A stretch of DNA of 64,000 nt from Bacillota bacterium. Its GTDB lineage: Bacteria > Bacillota > Sulfobacillia > RBS10-35 > Bu92. A program made the translations under genes and the position numbers. Location: contig JADBKN010000009.1 of the NCBI GenBank assembly GCA_014896375.1, forward strand, positions 75,088 through 139,087, written 5' to 3'. Positions 49,618-60,824 of this stretch are shown here, piece by piece. The notes beneath the pieces are model-generated. The model did not search any database and had not been told where the DNA came from. It was given only the letters and a program-made list of their open reading frames with translations. How positions within the stretch are numbered: position 1 is the first letter of the stretch; each line of letters opens with the position of its first letter.

Positions 49618-50416
49618 ACGGAGGCCGATGATCCAGTTCGAGCATGTCGACAAGCGCTTCGGCAAGCTGCACGTGCTGAAGGACATCCACACGACGATCT
49701 ACGAGGGCGAGGTCGTCGTCGTGGCCGGCCCGAGCGGCTCCGGCAAGAGCACGCTCCTGCGCACGATCAACTACCTGGAGCCGATCGACTCCGGCCGCAT
49801 CATCGTCGACGGCCAGCCCGTGGGACCGCGCGTCGTCAACGGGCGCGTGGTGCCGCCCTCGCCGCGGGACATCGACCGGCTGCGCGCGCACGTAGGCATC
49901 GTCTTCCAGGCGTTCAATCTCTTCCCGCACATGACGGCCCTCGAGAACGTCATGGAGGGGCTCGTCACCGTGCGCCGCGTCGACCGGGACACGGCGCGCC
50001 GCACAGCCATGGAGATGCTGGAGAGGGTCGGCCTCGCCGACCGCGCCGACCACCGTCCCGCCAAGCTCTCCGGCGGCCAGCAGCAGCGCGTGGCCATCGC
50101 GCGCGCCCTGGCCATGCGGCCGCGCGTCATGCTCTTCGACGAACCCACCTCCGCCCTGGACCCGGAGCTCATCGGTGAGGTGCTCAACGTCATGCTCGAG
50201 ATCGCCAAGGAAGGCATGACGATGGTCGTCGTCACGCATGAGATGGGTTTCGCGCGCGAGGTGGCGGACCGCGTGCTCTTCATGGACGAGGGGCGCATCC
50301 TCGAAGACGCGCCGCCGGACGAGTTCTTCTTGCGGCCGCGCCATCCGCGGGCGCAGCAGTTCCTCTCGCGCCTGCTCTGGCACCGGGGGGCCGAGGACGC
50401 CGGGGCGCACGCGTAG
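49610..50416 (+). CDS. Amino-acid ABC transporter ATP-binding protein
   Basis: Overlaps the permease stop. Walker [10 protein letters not shown], signature [15 protein letters not shown], Walker [12 protein letters not shown]. Confidence 0.9.
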   Translation: MSERRPMIQFEHVDKRFGKLHVLKDIHTTIYEGEVVVVAGPSGSGKSTLLRTINYLEPIDSGRIIVDGQPVGPRVVNGRVVPPSPRDIDRLRAHVGIVFQAFNLFPHMTALENVMEGLVTVRRVDRDTARRTAMEMLERVGLADRADHRPAKLSGGQQQRVAIARALAMRPRVMLFDEPTSALDPELIGEVLNVMLEIAKEGMTMVVVTHEMGFAREVADRVLFMDEGRILEDAPPDEFFLRPRHPRAQQFLSRLLWHRGAEDAGAHA

Positions 50417-50497
50417 GGCGCCGGGCGGCGAGCCGCGGGCGCGACGCCGGCGGGGTGCCCGCGCCCACTCCACTCTTCACTTGGGGGAACAGCGAAC

Positions 50498-51658
50498 ATG
50501 GCCAACTTCGATGTGATCATCGTCGGCGGCGGCGCCGTCGGCGTCAGCGTGGCACGCACACTGGTGGGGGAGGGCGTGAGGGGCGTGGCGCTCTTGGAGC
50601 GCGCGCACCTCGCGGCCGGCTTCACCTCCCGTGCGGCGGGCATCGTCTCCGCGCTGACGTGGGATCCTACGGACGCCCGGCTTGTCACGCGCTCGGCGGA
50701 GATCTACCGGCAGGTGGCCGCCGACCATCCCGGCCGCTTCCGCTTCCTCGAAGGCGGCATGCTGACGCTCGTGGGCGACCGGGCGGCGGCCGCTGCGATG
50801 GACCGGCGCGCGGCCATGCTGCGCGAAGTGGGGGTACGCGTGGAGCGGCTCCATCCGGAAGAGGCGGCCGCGCGCTGGCCCGACCTGCGCCTGGACGGCG
50901 TGGTCGCCGCCTGGTTCACGCCGGACGACGGCCACGTCTACGCGTACGACTACACGACGGTGGTGGGAGAGGAGATCGCAGCGCGCGGCGTGCGCATCGT
51001 CCGGGACACGGCGGCGGCGCGCGTGGCCATCGAGGGCGGGCGCGCGGCCGGCGTGGAGACGGCCGGCGGCGAGCGCCTCGCGGCAGACGTCGTCGTGGCG
51101 GCGAACGGCGTCTGGAGCCGCAAGCTCCTGCGCGCCTCCGGGCTCGACCTGCCACTTAAGCCCTACCGCACCCAGGTGGCGGTCCTCGAGGCGCCGGAGG
51201 CGCCGCGTGTGCCGATCCTGCACGACACAAGCCTCGAGTTCTACTGGATCCCCGACGGGCGCAAGATCATCTTCGGCGACGGGACGGAAGAGAGGGAGTC
51301 GGACCCGGACGCCTTCTTTGACGCGAACGACGAGGACTTCCTGCTCTCCGTGGCCGAGCGCCTGCCGCGGCGCTGCGCCGGCGGGGCGTCGGCGCGGCTG
51401 ACGGGCGGCTGGGCCGGCCTCTGCGACGCCACGCCGGACCGGCGACCGCTCCTCGGGCCGTACGGCGGCGTGGAGGGGCTGCACCTGGCCGTCGGCTTCA
51501 ACGGCTTCGGCGTGATGCGCGCGCCGGCTGTGGGCGAGGCCGTCGCGCGCCTCGTCCTCGGCCGGCCGGCGGGGCTCGACCTCGCCACGCACCTCGCGCG
51601 GCGGTTCTCGGGCTTCGTCGACTTCCCCATCACGCAAGGGTTCAGCACGGTGGAGTGA
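50498..51658 (+). CDS. FAD-dependent oxidoreductase (DAO family; sarcosine/D-amino-acid/opine oxidase-like)
   Basis: N-terminal dinucleotide-binding motif DVIIVGGGAVGVSVA and a DAO-family C-terminus (…GLHLAVGFNGFGVMRAPAVGEAVA…). Confidence 0.8.
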   Translation: MANFDVIIVGGGAVGVSVARTLVGEGVRGVALLERAHLAAGFTSRAAGIVSALTWDPTDARLVTRSAEIYRQVAADHPGRFRFLEGGMLTLVGDRAAAAAMDRRAAMLREVGVRVERLHPEEAAARWPDLRLDGVVAAWFTPDDGHVYAYDYTTVVGEEIAARGVRIVRDTAAARVAIEGGRAAGVETAGGERLAADVVVAANGVWSRKLLRASGLDLPLKPYRTQVAVLEAPEAPRVPILHDTSLEFYWIPDGRKIIFGDGTEERESDPDAFFDANDEDFLLSVAERLPRRCAGGASARLTGGWAGLCDATPDRRPLLGPYGGVEGLHLAVGFNGFGVMRAPAVGEAVARLVLGRPAGLDLATHLARRFSGFVDFPITQGFSTVE

Positions 51659-52586
51659 GGCGCGCGGCGGCGCCCAGCCGCAAGACGGCCAGCTCCCTGC
51701 GGCACGCGTCCTCAAGGAGACGGGCGGCCTCCCGCAGCGCTTCCGCCTCCTCAAGCGGGCCGGGGCAGATGGAGGTCACGGCCACCTCTCCGGGGACGAT
51801 GCAGTCCAGCGCCCCCGGGCCGAGGGCGCCGGCGAGGATGAGGACGGGCCGGCCCAGACGACGCGCCCGCTCCGCCACAGCCCAGGGCAGCTTTCCCATG
51901 CGTGTCTGCGCGTCCACGCGCCCCTCGCCGGTGAGGACCACGTCCGCCCAGGCGGCGAGGCGATCGAAGCCGGCGAGGTCGAGGAGCGCCGGCGCGCCCG
52001 GCCGCAGGCGCGCGCCCAGCGCCGCCAGCATGAAGCCGAGCCCGCCGGCCGCGCCGGCGCCCGGCAGGTCGCGCAGGCGCTGACCGGCCGCAGCTTCCGC
52101 GTGGTCGGCGAGGAGGCGCAGGCGCTCGTCGAACTCGGGCACGTCCTCGGCGCGCAGGCCCTTCTGCGGTCCAAACACGGCCGCTGCTCCGCACGGGCCG
52201 CAGAGCGGGGCGTCGACGTCGGCGAGGGCCACGATCTCCACGCCGCCGAGCGCCTCCCGACCCGGCCAGCGCAGGCCGCGGACACGCGGCAGCGCGAGGC
52301 GCCCGGGCTCCGGGGGCGGGTCGGCCGCGCCGCCGAGCGCCATGAGGCAGCCGAGGCCGCCGTCGACCGTCGCGCTGCCGCCGAGACCCACGTACACGCG
52401 GCGCGCGCCGGCAGCCAGGACGGCTCGCAGGAGGGCCCCGACGCCGTAGCTGGAGGCGCGCGTGGGATCGCGCCGCTCCGGCGGCAGGCCCGCCAGCCCG
52501 ATCACCTCCGCCGTGTCGAAGGCGGCCTCGCCGCCGGGGAGCTCCGCCCACCGAACGGCCTTGGGCCGGCCCCAGGCGTCCGGCAC
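51642..52586 (-). pseudogene. glxK: Glycerate kinase (GlxK/GckA family), N-terminally truncated. About 55 aa are missing, including the ADGGEGT motif.
   Basis: The ORF aligns with GlxK from about residue 60 onward (…GRPKAVRWAELPGG… ~ GEPVTARYGWLPDG; …GLGGSATVDGGLG…; C-terminal …MGKLPW…). The only available start is a GTG. An in-frame stop lies 18 codons upstream, and no frame encodes the conserved N-terminus. Confidence 0.6.
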
Positions 52587-52599
52587 CGTCTCCCGGCGC

Positions 52600-53282
52600 C
52601 AGCGGCTGGTGCGATCGCCTCGACGCCTCGCTCGTCAGCTTGGCGATGATGCCGAAGGGGAGAACACCACCGTGATCGCGAGGATGCCGTGGTCAGCCCG
52701 AGGCCGACAAGGGCGACGAACAGGGCGGCAAGAGCAGTTTGATCGTCGGAGAACGTTCATCACGCCCCGGGCAAGGCCGTAGACAGGCCGGTTCGGCGTG
52801 ACGTTCCGGGCGATGGCGAAGATGATCAGGACGCTCATCAGGGCGCCGAGCGTCATGCCGGGCAGCCATCACGGATCGTCTCGAGACGGCCCGGGAGGAC
52901 CTTCAGCATGTACGGCCGGATTCGGCGACAAAAGCGCCGGAAGCGCATCATGGGGCGCTCCAGAGCGAGCCGGCCAACGTCGAGACCGAGGTGCCACCCG
53001 GAAGCGACGAGGGCCGCGGCGAAGAAACAGGGCGGACGCCCACCGCTGTAGGCCCAGGGCGGCGCCGGAAGGGAGCCGCTTCCGGCGGCCGACGTTCACT
53101 TTTTCACGGGAGCACCGTCCTTTTGCCGGAGCGCTCATAAGGGGCATCGCCGGCCGGAACCTCGTCGGGAAGGCGGAACGCCCCTCGGCCTTTGTTCCGC
53201 CTCCGGGCGTCCATCCGGCGGCGGCAAGTTCGGCAAGCCAGATCTCGGCAAAACGTCGTCCGTCGCCGCCTCGACCGAGGGC
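52600..53282 (-). pseudogene. Decayed remnant of a membrane-transporter-like gene. Hydrophobic ORF pieces are split over three frames.
   Basis: The minus strand encodes fragments such as SGSLPAPPWAYSGGRPPCFFAAALVASGWHLGLDVG, MTLGALMSVLIIFAIARNVTPNRPVYGLARGVMNVL and ALAALFVALVGLGLTT in different frames, separated by stops. No intact ORF exists. Confidence 0.35.
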
Positions 53283-53831
<549 letters not shown>

Positions 53832-54002
53832 GTAAGATCCAAAGAGCCTGTCCGGCTCCTCTGACTTCTCTCTCACCCGCTGCCGCCCCAGCCTTCGCCG
53901 GTCCGGCAACGGTTCAAGGGCCGCCTCGCTCTCTCACGCTGTTCAGTTTTCAAGGATCGGGTCGTCTTCCGCCGGAGCCGTCCGGCGTCCGGCGGTTTTA
54001 AA

Positions 54003-54031
54003 TCTTATCATCGGCCGCGGCGCGGGTCAAT
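54003..54031 (-). promoter_or_regulatory. rRNA operon sigma-A promoter (TTGACC-N17-TAAGAT), ~170 nt upstream of the 16S 5' end
   Basis: On the minus strand: TTGACC (54031..54026), a 17-nt spacer, TAAGAT (54008..54003). Lies between lysS and the 16S start, matching the B. subtilis lysS-rrn arrangement. Confidence 0.55.
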
Positions 54032-54215
54032 CGCACCTTCTGCCATCGGTGCGCGTTTCGCGCCGCGCACCCGCGGCTGCGGCTCTCGCCGCCGTCCGCG
54101 TCAGGCCAATATAGCACCGCGACGTCGGCGCCCGCAAGCGCACAATTTCCGGCTGCGCTGCCAGCCGCCAGCAGGCCGCCGCGCGCGCGTGCCGGCGCGC
54201 ACTGCACGCCGCGGC

Positions 54216-55793
54216 TCAGCCTTCGCCGTCGCCCGCCGCCCCGTCGCCGTCCACCGTCGCGCCGTCACCGTCGCCCGTCGCGCCATCGCCGTCCGTTTCC
54301 GCGGCGCCGTCCTCTTCCGCATCCGCCGCGGCTGAACCGCCCGGCGCGCGCGGGCGCATAAGCGGGAAGAGGATGACATCGCGGATGGAGGGCGAGTTCG
54401 TGAGCAGCATCACGAGGCGGTCGACGCCGATGCCGAGCCCGCCGGTGGGCGGCATGCCGTACTCCAGCGCCTTCAGGAAGTCCTCGTCAAGCTCCGGCGA
54501 TTCCAAGTCGCCGCGCCGCCGATCCTCCATCTGGCGCTCGAAGCGCTCGCGCTGGTCGTCGGGGTCGTTCAGCTCGGTGAAGGCGTTCGCGATCTCCATG
54601 CCGTGCACGATCGCCTCGAAGCGATATGTGAGGTCCGGATTGTCGCGCTTGCGCATGGCGAGCGGCGAGATCTCCGTGGGATGGTCGAGAAGGAACGTCG
54701 GCTGGACGAGCTCCGGCTGGACGAGCTCGCTGACGAGCTCGTCGATGACCTTGCCCCGCGTGGCCGTCTCCTCGACATGCACACCCAGCGAGCGGGCCAG
54801 GCGGCGCGCGGAGGCGTCGTCCGGCATGTCCTCCAGGCGCACGCCCTTGCCGGCGAGGGCCTCGATCATCGAGAGGCGGCGCCACGGCGGGGCGAAGTCG
54901 ATTTCCACGTCCCCGTAGCGCACGCGCGTGGACCCGGTGACGCGCTCGGCCACGCGCGCCACCATGTGCTCCGTGAGCTCCATGATGTCCTCGTAGTCGG
55001 CGTAGGCCTGGTAGCACTCCATCATCGTGAACTCGGGGTTGTGGCGCGTCGACACGCCCTCGTTGCGGAAGACGCGGCCGATCTCGTAGACGCGCTCGAG
55101 CCCGCCGACGATCAGGCGCTTGAGGTACAGCTCGAGCGCGATGCGCAGGTAGAGCGTCATGTCGAGGGCGTTGTGGTGCGTGACGAACGGGCGCGCGTGC
55201 GCGCCGCCGGCGAGCGGCGTGAGGACCGGCGTCTCCACCTCGATGAAGCCGCGTTCATCCAGGAAGGCGCGCATCTCTCGCAGCACGCCCGCCCGCGCGA
55301 TGAACGTCTGACGCACGCCGGGGTTGACGATGAGGTCGAGGTAGCGCTCACGATAGCGGCGGTCGACGTCCTTCAGGCCGTGCCACTTCTCCGGAAGAGG
55401 TCGCAGCGACTTGGTGAGGAGCGTGAGCTCCCGCACCTCCACGCTGTCCTCGCCGCGGCGAGTGCGCATGACGGTGCCGCGCGCGCCCACGATGTCGCCG
55501 AGGTCGAGCAGCGGCAGGAGCGTCTCGAAGCCGCCGGTGGCGTCGGCGCGCATGTAGAGCTGGACGCGGCCCGTGCGGTCCTGCAGGTCGGCGAAGGCCG
55601 CCCGGCCGTGCACGCGCAGCGCCATGAGGCGCCCGGCGACGCTGACCTCGCAGCCTTCGAGCTCCGCAAAGCGCTCGTGGACGTCCTCGGCGTGGGCCGA
55701 CGTCTCATAGCGCGACCCGAACGGGTCGACGCCCAGCGCGCGCAACGCCGCGAGCTTCTCGCGGCGCGCGCGCGTCACATCGCTCTCCGCCAC
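54216..55793 (-). CDS. lysS: Lysine--tRNA ligase (class II), with an acidic Gly/Asp-rich C-terminal tail
   Basis: N-terminal anticodon-binding OB (…GRLMALRVHGRAAFADLQDRTGRVQLY…) and class II motifs (…FRNEGVSTRHNPEFTMMECYQAY…, …GGLGIGVDRLVMLL…). Confidence 0.9.
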   Translation of the reverse strand: MAESDVTRARREKLAALRALGVDPFGSRYETSAHAEDVHERFAELEGCEVSVAGRLMALRVHGRAAFADLQDRTGRVQLYMRADATGGFETLLPLLDLGDIVGARGTVMRTRRGEDSVEVRELTLLTKSLRPLPEKWHGLKDVDRRYRERYLDLIVNPGVRQTFIARAGVLREMRAFLDERGFIEVETPVLTPLAGGAHARPFVTHHNALDMTLYLRIALELYLKRLIVGGLERVYEIGRVFRNEGVSTRHNPEFTMMECYQAYADYEDIMELTEHMVARVAERVTGSTRVRYGDVEIDFAPPWRRLSMIEALAGKGVRLEDMPDDASARRLARSLGVHVEETATRGKVIDELVSELVQPELVQPTFLLDHPTEISPLAMRKRDNPDLTYRFEAIVHGMEIANAFTELNDPDDQRERFERQMEDRRRGDLESPELDEDFLKALEYGMPPTGGLGIGVDRLVMLLTNSPSIRDVILFPLMRPRAPGGSAAADAEEDGAAETDGDGATGDGDGATVDGDGAAGDGEG

Positions 55794-55796
55794 GCC

Positions 55797-56279
55797 TCAC
55801 CGCTCCACCTTGAGGATTTCGTAGCGCGCGAGGCCTCCGGGCAGGCGCACCTCGACGACGTCGCCGGCCCGATGGCCGAACACCGCCTGGCCGACGGGCG
55901 ACTGGTAGGAGATGCGCAGCTGGGCGGGGTCGGCCTCGTTCGAGCCGACGATCGTGTACTCCATCTCCTCGCCCGTCTCCAGGTCCTTGAGGCGCACGCG
56001 GGAGCCGAGGTTGACCTCAAGAGGGTTGACCTCGTCCTCCGCCACGATGCGCGCGTTGCGCAAGAGCTTCTCCAGCGTCATGATGCGGCCTTCCACGAAG
56101 GCCTGCTCGTTCTTCGCCTCTTCGTACTCCGAGTTCTCCGAAAGATCGCCGAAGTCGCGCGCCACCTTGATCCGCTCCGCGACCTCGCGGCGGCGCACGG
56201 ACTTCAGGTGCTCAAGCTCCTCTTCGAGCTTCTTCAGTCCTTCGGCGGTGAGCAGAAGCTCCTGTTCCTGTTCCGACAT
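55797..56279 (-). CDS. greA: Transcription elongation factor GreA
   Basis: 160-aa product [56 protein letters not shown]… is the canonical GreA coiled-coil and FKBP-like domain. The ORF-track start at 56663 is an upstream read-through of the open frame. Confidence 0.9.
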   Translation of the reverse strand: MSEQEQELLLTAEGLKKLEEELEHLKSVRRREVAERIKVARDFGDLSENSEYEEAKNEQAFVEGRIMTLEKLLRNARIVAEDEVNPLEVNLGSRVRLKDLETGEEMEYTIVGSNEADPAQLRISYQSPVGQAVFGHRAGDVVEVRLPGGLARYEILKVER

Positions 56280-56457
56280 CGCCTCTAGCTCCCATCCAGC
56301 GGCACCCGTCCGGGCGAGGGTTGCGCGGGCAACAAAAGAAAAAGCCCGACGGGGGCCGCCAATACAGGATTGATCCCGCCTGCCTAAGCTATGCGATGGA
56401 TGGCGAAGCGCCGCCCCCCAAAAATCGGAACGATTATGGACCGGACCGCCTGTGGTG

Positions 56458-57561
56458 TCAAGAGCCGGCCGCGGCGGCCAGGGCTGCCTTCCTGCGCATG
56501 GCGTTCGCGCGGATGCGGGCGACCTCCTCCTCCGAAAGCGCGCGCTCGAAGCTGCGCAAGCCGGCGACGCGAAAGCCGTGCTTGCGCGCGAGGGCGATCG
56601 TCTCCTCCACCTTCTCCAGCGAGTAGTCGCGGCCGAGCGTGTAGTCCTCGTACCGCTCCTCAAGCGCCAGCATCATCGTCTCCGCCATGCAGGCGAGGCA
56701 CATGCGCTCCGGCAGGCCGAAGTTGAAGTGGAAGTCGACGTCGCCGGGGACTTCGACGATGCCGCCCTCGATGACGAGGACGTCGTCCCGCTTCTCGGCG
56801 ACGAGCCGGGACACGTCCCGCGGCCGGGCGATGTCGCAGACGACGGCGCCGGGCTTGAGGTCTTCGGGGTGGACGATGGCGTCGATGGCGCTGGAGACGG
56901 TGATGGCGACGTCCGCGCGCACGAGGGAGGCGTGCAGGTCCGTGGAGATGCGCGCCGCCACGCCGGTCTCCCGCAGAAGTTCCTCCGCGAGGGCCTCGAG
57001 CTTTTGCGGGTCGCGGCCGACGAGCGTGAGGTTGCGCACGCGGCGCGCCAGGAGCATGGCCGAGACGCGGCCCACGGAACCGGTGGCGCCGACGACGGCC
57101 GCCTCCGCCTCTTCCAGGCGGATGCCCATGGCGTCCGCGGCCAGGCCGAGCGCCTCCACACCCGTGGCGGCCGTGTAGCTGTTCCCCGTGGTGACGGCGA
57201 TGTCCAGCGCGTCCGCCAGGTCGCGGCCGGCGTTGCCCACGACGGCCGTGAAGGCGCCGAGGCCCAGGATGCGCGCGCCCAGCCGCTCCGCCATGCGGCC
57301 GGCGGCGATGAGCTTGCGCAGCACGACCTTCTCCGGCAGGCCGAGCATGAGCCGCGGCGTGAGCGGCACGGAGATGAAGTGGCCTTCCGCGGTGTTGTGC
57401 GGCGAGCGGATGCCGGTGATGTGGGAGGTGTAGATCGGCGGCGCGTACGGCATGACGGCCTCAAGCCAGTGGCCCGGCACATGGCGTTCCAGGAAGGGGA
57501 ACTTCCGCGCCACATCCGACACGTCCAGCGGGTGGAGAAGGAACGCGAAATGGCCGGACAA
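56458..57561 (-). CDS. NAD(P)-binding oxidoreductase (shikimate/quinate-dehydrogenase-like Rossmann domain), function unknown
   Basis: GxGxxG motif [17 protein letters not shown] in the middle of a 367-aa protein. RBS GGGGTGGG 7 nt upstream of the ATG. Confidence 0.5.
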   Translation of the reverse strand: MSGHFAFLLHPLDVSDVARKFPFLERHVPGHWLEAVMPYAPPIYTSHITGIRSPHNTAEGHFISVPLTPRLMLGLPEKVVLRKLIAAGRMAERLGARILGLGAFTAVVGNAGRDLADALDIAVTTGNSYTAATGVEALGLAADAMGIRLEEAEAAVVGATGSVGRVSAMLLARRVRNLTLVGRDPQKLEALAEELLRETGVAARISTDLHASLVRADVAITVSSAIDAIVHPEDLKPGAVVCDIARPRDVSRLVAEKRDDVLVIEGGIVEVPGDVDFHFNFGLPERMCLACMAETMMLALEERYEDYTLGRDYSLEKVEETIALARKHGFRVAGLRSFERALSEEEVARIRANAMRRKAALAAAAGS

Positions 57562-57590
57562 CGTCAGCCCACCCCGTTTCCGGCGCGCCG

Positions 57591-57998
57591 TCAGTCCTCT
57601 TCCGGGACGACCGCCGACGCGGCCAATACTTCTTCGGTGACGACGATCGGCACACCTGCTCGCACGGCGACGGCGATGGCGTCGCTGGGGCGGCAGTCGA
57701 TCTCCATGATGCCGCGCTCCGTCTTCACTTCCAGCTGGCAGATGTAGGTTTCATCGCGCACATCGTGGATGACGACGCGCTGCAGCTCCCCGCCGAGCCG
57801 GCCGATGACGTGCAGGAGCAGGTCGTGCGTGAGCGGGCGCGGCGCCGCGGCGCGCTCCACGCCCAGGGCGATGGCGGCCGCCTCGTACGGACCGATCACG
57901 ATGGGCAGGATGCGCGGGCCGTTCGTTTCCTTAAGCAAAAGAATGTGATCCTGTCCTTCTTCCAATTGACCGATGCTGAGAATCTGCACGGTTTGCAT
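57591..57998 (-). CDS. Bifunctional nuclease family protein (DUF151/BFN domain)
   Basis: ATG with GGAGGAG RBS. MQTVQILSIGQLEEGQDHILLLKETNGPRILPIVIGPYEAAAIA… matches the DUF151 N-terminal pattern. The ORF-track start 45 nt upstream lacks an RBS. Confidence 0.7.
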   Translation of the reverse strand: MQTVQILSIGQLEEGQDHILLLKETNGPRILPIVIGPYEAAAIALGVERAAAPRPLTHDLLLHVIGRLGGELQRVVIHDVRDETYICQLEVKTERGIMEIDCRPSDAIAVAVRAGVPIVVTEEVLAASAVVPEED

Positions 57999-58150
57999 CG
58001 ATGCTCCTCCGCCCATGGGCTGTGCGTCGGCATTGTACAGCAAACGGCTGCCCGCGGGAACGGGCGGCGCGCCGCGCGCCTTGTGGGTGCGGTTGCCATT
58101 GGTCTACGATGCAGCTAGATTCGCGCGCGACCGCCCGAGGGGGCATCCGC

Positions 58151-59116
58151 GTGTCCGAGACGGCATCCCTGCGCGTCGGCCTCGCCGGCGCCGGACGGGT
58201 GGCGCACGCCCTGGCGCCGCACCTCGCCGCGGCGGGCCATCGGATCGTGGCCGTCGTCAGCCGCCACGAGGAGCGCGCGGCGGAGCTGGCGCGGCGGCTG
58301 CCTGGGGAGGCGCTGGCGGCCGGCCTGCCGGCGGACCCGCCCGTCGCTCCGGTCGATCTTCCGCTGGTGGACTGGTGGTTTCTCGCCGTGCGCGACGAGG
58401 CCATCGCGGCCGTCGACGCACGCCTGGACGCAGCCGGGGCCTACGCAGGCGCGCGCCTTGTGACGCACACGAGCGGCGCGTGGAGCGCCGGCGTTCTGCG
58501 CCGCGCGCGGGCGCGCGGCCTCGCGGTGGCCTCGGTGCACCCGCTCTTCAGCATCGCGGGTCCGGCCCCGTCGTCCCTGCGAGGCCTGCGCTTCACGGTG
58601 GAGGGCGACGAGGCCGCCGCCGCCGTCATCGAGCGTTGGCTCGCCGCCGCGGGCGCCCTTGCGCGGCGCATCCGCTCCGAGGACAAGTCGCTCTACCACG
58701 CCGCGGCGTGCATCGCCGCGAACTACGTGGTGGCGCTCCTGGACGCGGCCGAGCGGCTCTTTGTGCGCGCGGGGCTGCCGGCGGAGGAGGCGCGCGCGGC
58801 CGCGGCCGGGCTCGCCCGCTCGGCCCTCGAGAACACGGAGTCTCTGGGGCCGGTACGGGCGCTCACGGGGCCCATCGCGCGCGGCGACGCGGCGACGGTC
58901 GGGGCCCACCTGGCGGCGCTCGCCGGCGCGGCGCCGGACCTGCGGGAGATCTACGCGGCGCTCGCCCGCTACACGCTGGACCTGGCCCGGCGCCAGGCGG
59001 CCTCCGGCGGCGGCGCCGACCCTGCGGACCTTGAGGCCCTGGCGGCGCTCCTCCAGCCTGCGCCGCCGCGCGGCGCGGCCGGCGCCGATCCTGCTTGGGA
59101 AGGCGGTCCATCATGA
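58151..59116 (+). CDS. Rossmann-fold DUF2520-like protein. Putative ketopantoate reductase (PanG-like) of the pan operon.
   Basis: GTG with GAGGGGG RBS. N-terminal dinucleotide-binding motif LRVGLAGAGRVAHALA. The stop overlaps the panB start (ATGA). The PanG assignment is inferred from context and family resemblance only. Confidence 0.5.
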   Translation: MSETASLRVGLAGAGRVAHALAPHLAAAGHRIVAVVSRHEERAAELARRLPGEALAAGLPADPPVAPVDLPLVDWWFLAVRDEAIAAVDARLDAAGAYAGARLVTHTSGAWSAGVLRRARARGLAVASVHPLFSIAGPAPSSLRGLRFTVEGDEAAAAVIERWLAAAGALARRIRSEDKSLYHAAACIAANYVVALLDAAERLFVRAGLPAEEARAAAAGLARSALENTESLGPVRALTGPIARGDAATVGAHLAALAGAAPDLREIYAALARYTLDLARRQAASGGGADPADLEALAALLQPAPPRGAAGADPAWEGGPS

Positions 59117-59973
59117 GCGGCAAGACGGTTCACGACCTGCAAGAGATGAAAGCGCGCGGCGAGCGCATCGTCATGGTGACGGCCTACGACTATCCCTCCG
59201 CCCGCTGCGCTCAGGAGGCGGGCGTCGACGTCATCCTCGTGGGCGACTCCCTGGGGAACGTCGTGCTGGGCTACGAGACGACGATCCCCGTCCGCCTTGA
59301 GGACATGCTGCGCCACGTGAGCGCGGTGACGCGCGCCGAAGGCCCGGCGCACGTCGTCTGCGACATGCCGTTCATGACGTACCAGGTCTCCGCGGAGGAG
59401 GCCCTGCGCAACGCCGCGCGGCTCGTGCAGGAGGGCGGGGCGCAGTCCGTGAAGCTCGAGGGCGGCGAGGCCTTCGCCCCCACCGTACGGCGGATCGTGG
59501 AGGCCGGCATCCCCGTGATGGCGCACATCGGGCTCACGCCGCAGTCCGTGCACCGCCTGGGCGGCTACCGCGTGCAGGGGCGGTCGGCCGAGGCGGCCCG
59601 CCGTCTCTTGGAGGACGCCCTGGCGCTGCAGGACGCCGGCGCGTACAGCCTCGTGCTGGAGGCGGTGCCGTGGCAGCTGGCGGCGGAGATCACGCGCCGC
59701 CTGCGCATCCCCACCATCGGCATCGGCGCGGGCGCGGGCTGCGACGGCCAGGTGCTGGTCTTCCACGACCTCGTCGGCTACTCTTTCGGCACGCCGGCCA
59801 AGTTCGTGCGGCGGTACGCCGACGTGCGCCAGGTGGTGACGGAGGCGCTGCGCCGCTTCGGCGAGGACGTGCGCCGCGGCGCCTACCCCGGGGACGCGGA
59901 GCGGTACTCCATGAAAGACGAGGAGTGGCGCCGGCTGCAGGCGGAGATCGGCGGGGAGGGCGACGGCGCGTGA
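59113..59973 (+). CDS. panB: 3-methyl-2-oxobutanoate hydroxymethyltransferase
   Basis: …IVMVTAYDYPSARCAQEAGVDVILVGDSLGNVVLGY…GLTPQSVH… are canonical PanB motifs. Confidence 0.9.
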   Translation: MSGKTVHDLQEMKARGERIVMVTAYDYPSARCAQEAGVDVILVGDSLGNVVLGYETTIPVRLEDMLRHVSAVTRAEGPAHVVCDMPFMTYQVSAEEALRNAARLVQEGGAQSVKLEGGEAFAPTVRRIVEAGIPVMAHIGLTPQSVHRLGGYRVQGRSAEAARRLLEDALALQDAGAYSLVLEAVPWQLAAEITRRLRIPTIGIGAGAGCDGQVLVFHDLVGYSFGTPAKFVRRYADVRQVVTEALRRFGEDVRRGAYPGDAERYSMKDEEWRRLQAEIGGEGDGA

Positions 59974-60824
59974 GGGTGGCGAGGACGGTGGCGGAAGTGC
60001 GTGCGGCCGTGGCGGAGGCGCGCGCGCGGGGCGCGACGATCGGCTTCGTGCCGACCATGGGCTACTTCCACGAGGGGCATCTCTCCCTCATGCGGCAGTC
60101 CGTGGCGGAGAACGGCTTCACGGTGGTGAGCCTCTACGTGAATCCCCTGCAGTTCGCGCCCACGGAGGACCTGGCGCAGTACCCGCGGGATTTCGAGCGC
60201 GACCGGCGCCTCGCTGCGGAGGCGGGCGTGGACGTGCTCTTCGCGCCGGACGACGCCGAGATGTATCCGGACGGGCCGCAGGCGCAGCGCACGGTGGTGT
60301 CCGTGCGCGGGCTGAACGCCGTGCTCTGCGGCCGCTCGCGCCCCACGCACTTCGACGGCGTGACGACCGTCGTGACGAAGCTCTTCCACATCGTGGCGCC
60401 CGACCGCGCCTATTTCGGGCAGAAGGACTACCAGCAGGCGCTCATCATCCGGCGCATGGTGCGCGACCTCAACTTCCCTGTGGAGATCCGCGTGGCGCCG
60501 ATCGTGCGTGAGCCGGACGGGCTCGCGATGAGCTCGCGCAACGCCTACCTCACGCCGGAGCAGCGCGCGGCGGCGCCGGTGCTCCACCGGGCCCTCAGCG
60601 AGGCGGCCGCGCGCATCCGCGCCGGGGAGCGCGACGCCGGCCGCGTCCGCGCCTTCCTGCGTGAGACGATCTCCGCGGCGCCGCATGCGCGGCTCGACTA
60701 TGCGGAAGTCGTCGATCCGGACACGCTGGAGGACGTCGACACCATCCAGGGCCCCGTACTGCTCGCCGTGGCCGCGTATTTCGGCCGCGCGCGCCTCATC
60801 GACAACATGCTCGTCAGCCCGTGA
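59970..60824 (+). CDS. panC: Pantoate--beta-alanine ligase
   Basis: GTG overlaps the panB stop (GTGA). …IGFVPTMGYFHEGHLSLM… HIGH-like motif and …FGQKDYQQ…. C-terminal …AMSSRN…. Confidence 0.9.
   Translation: MRVARTVAEVRAAVAEARARGATIGFVPTMGYFHEGHLSLMRQSVAENGFTVVSLYVNPLQFAPTEDLAQYPRDFERDRRLAAEAGVDVLFAPDDAEMYPDGPQAQRTVVSVRGLNAVLCGRSRPTHFDGVTTVVTKLFHIVAPDRAYFGQKDYQQALIIRRMVRDLNFPVEIRVAPIVREPDGLAMSSRNAYLTPEQRAAAPVLHRALSEAAARIRAGERDAGRVRAFLRETISAAPHARLDYAEVVDPDTLEDVDTIQGPVLLAVAAYFGRARLIDNMLVSP

Noticed and set aside
52587-52660. Glycerate-kinase ADGGEGT-like motif (PLAPGDGAG) in an alternative frame upstream of glxK
   Set aside because: It shares the same nucleotides as the true glxK frame (ETVPDAWGRPK…). 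A Gly-rich match in GC-rich DNA is coincidental, so it does not rescue the missing N-terminus.
57999-58043. Upstream ATG start for the DUF151 nuclease gene (ORF-track start at 58043)
   Set aside because: No RBS. The downstream ATG at 57998 has a perfect GGAGGAG spacing and matches the family N-terminus.
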